64,000 nucleotides of DNA from Massalongia carnosa (Eukaryota): positions 1,488,001 through 1,552,000 of the forward strand of contig OZ287074.1 in NCBI GenBank assembly GCA_965645245.1. Direction: 5' to 3'. The notes under the pieces are model-generated. The model was not told the origin of the DNA. It did not search any database and worked only from the letters and a program-made list of their open reading frames with translations. Below, one piece after another: positions 62,399-64,000 of the stretch. Position numbers and translations under genes: made by a program. Position 1 is the stretch's first letter; every line of letters starts with the position of its first letter.

Positions 62399-63402
62399 CC
62401 CTGTGGTATGCCAGTTCTCACCGCGAATCGTCCGGTCGCTTTTCGATTTATAGCTAGAGTTGTGCTACGATCATTTAAAAAGCTGTTTAACCAATCAGTA
62501 ATCCATTTCGGGATTTTTCTTTTACGTAGATTATGCGTTAGTCTTTGATGTAAAACTGTATCAAACGCGCCGGCGACGTCTATGCTTAAAAGTGTGGCTA
62601 CTTTATCTTTTCCTTGTCCCCAAATCGTGTGAACATGTTCGGTTAGTAACTCAAGAGCTGATTCTGTAGATCTGCCCTTTCTCGCTCCCATCTGTGTGTC
62701 GGGTAGGAGCCGATGTGTTTCCGCTAAATAGGTTATTTTTGATCCTATGATAGATTCCATTACTTTGCTGAGCGTGTTGAGTAATGTAACTGGTCGGTAA
62801 GCCTTCGGCGTGGTGTAATTTCCTTTGTCTATTTTTCTTAATGCTATAGTGTTTGCCATTTTGAAGGCTCGGGGATGGTACGAAAGTGTAACGCACGACT
62901 GAAACAGAGGTGTTAATAATTCAACAAGCTATTCCGCGCATGCTTTAAGTACTATATTAGATATACCGTCAGGACGCGGTGCTTTATCGGGTTTGAGCCG
63001 ATGCAGGGCCTTCGACACTTCTGACTTGTTGATGATTATTAGATAATGCGGCGATGCTGGATAGAAGGATCCTTCTATATCGCTTAAGTCGGCCGGTGGT
63101 GATGCGGGAAAGAAAATGCTTTTCAGCATTTCGGCTTTCTCATCGAACGTGTCTGCTGTTTGATTATTGAACTTTAAAGTCGGCATTTTGGGTACTTCTC
63201 TAGCTGAGGCGTTTCGGTAGACTTACTGATCTCTTGACGAAAATTTGTCCTCTTTGCTTTTTGGATAATTTTCTGTTTCTTGTCATTAGATTTCATGTAG
63301 TTGGACCAGTCCGCTGGATCTCGTGTGTCAGACTATATGCGGCGTAATTTTTGTATGGCTTTAGTGGTAATATTGCATTCTTCTGTCCAGAAATACGCCA
63401 CG

Positions 63403-64000
63403 CAACGTTGGGTCGGGTTTTGACCAGTCGAACCCGACCCGGAAACCCGACCCGAACCCGCTTGGCAAAAACCCGACGGGTTGGGGAACCGATCTCGGGT
63501 TAACCCGCTTAACCCTTATATTTTAGTATTTAGAATTAAATTTTATAAGTCGAATTTTAATAACCGTAAACTAAAATACAATTTTGGGGAAATAAAATTT
63601 CTAATAGTCTTTATAATAGTCTTTGTCGTGAAATAAACACGAAATGTAATGATTCGATTTAAAAGTTCCGTAATTAGACTAGAGCAGATTATTGTCCTAC
63701 ATCGGTAATTATTATGCATTTTATGCACTTCCCCCGTATGCTCCTCCCCCGTGTCCTCCTTCTAGGTTTATATTTTTACATCAATTCGTAGCCCGCGAGT
63801 AGGTAAATTGGTTAGTATATAATTGTGATTATTTCCTATTGTGACGAAGCGAGATAGTGAATAGATTTCTACCATTGCGCCACCTGTACTTCCCGACCAA
63901 AAGGCACAATACTTAGTCCGCAGACCAAGTTCTATTCTACTATAACTGGGACTCCTGCTATGTTCGCTGTAGGTCCTGCCGTCCGCACTACGCTTGGTCG
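63403..64000. mobile_element. Probable hAT-like DNA transposon end inserted into the LINE (continues beyond the window)
   Basis: LINE coding similarity stops at caacgttgggtcgggtt, followed by a dense array of ACCCG/CGGGT subterminal repeats in both orientations (63409-63510), then AT-rich DNA. No transposase or second end is visible. Confidence 0.55.

Larger units (their letters stand above)
54541..63402 (-). mobile_element. Tad1-like LINE (non-LTR retrotransposon), degenerate, in two segments (54541-56178 and 62399-63402) around the nested LTR element
   Basis: PDKAPRPDGI, YRPVTLLNTLSKVME, SIDVAGAFD, GIPQG|SPLS, GFVDD, RVLGLQID, CPCG..QTPEHVIMFC; 3' tail gaata(cat)n; several TAG/TAA nonsense codons. 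Confidence 0.92.

Overview
Eukaryotic, intron-containing genomic DNA from a filamentous ascomycete (Pezizomycotina; a lichen-forming Lecanoromycete is plausible but not provable from this window). About 21 host genes, mostly housekeeping: class-I glutamine amidotransferase-like, SHE9/MDM33, RIP1 Rieske protein, Dpb3-like histone fold, G-patch, UMP1, UBL3-like, ERG8, a large mitochondrial PPR protein, PDX3, GH125, UBA1, ECM4-type GST, secreted aspartic protease, two related allergen-domain genes, POL32, RAD18, CHMP7-like and TRS85. Three transposon clusters are interleaved. (i) A Tc1 (DD34E) element 26 bp from a decayed pogo/Fot1 copy (12.1-15.4 kb), whose intact sibling lies at 40.3-42.2 kb. 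(ii) A three-layer stack between POL32 and RAD18: a Tourist/Harbinger-like MITE with a Tc1 inserted into its TTA target duplication and a second pogo family inserted inside it. (iii) A Tad1-like LINE split in its RT motif by a full-length chromovirus (Ty3/Gypsy) LTR retrotransposon and cut again by a hAT-like end. The most notable feature is an intact antisense ORF inside the chromovirus encoding a Zn(II)2Cys6-spaced, coiled-coil, acidic-tail protein. The element also shows a Tf1-type self-priming PBS and a -1 slippery site. All calls are from reading the sequence; no searches were run and exon boundaries are manual.
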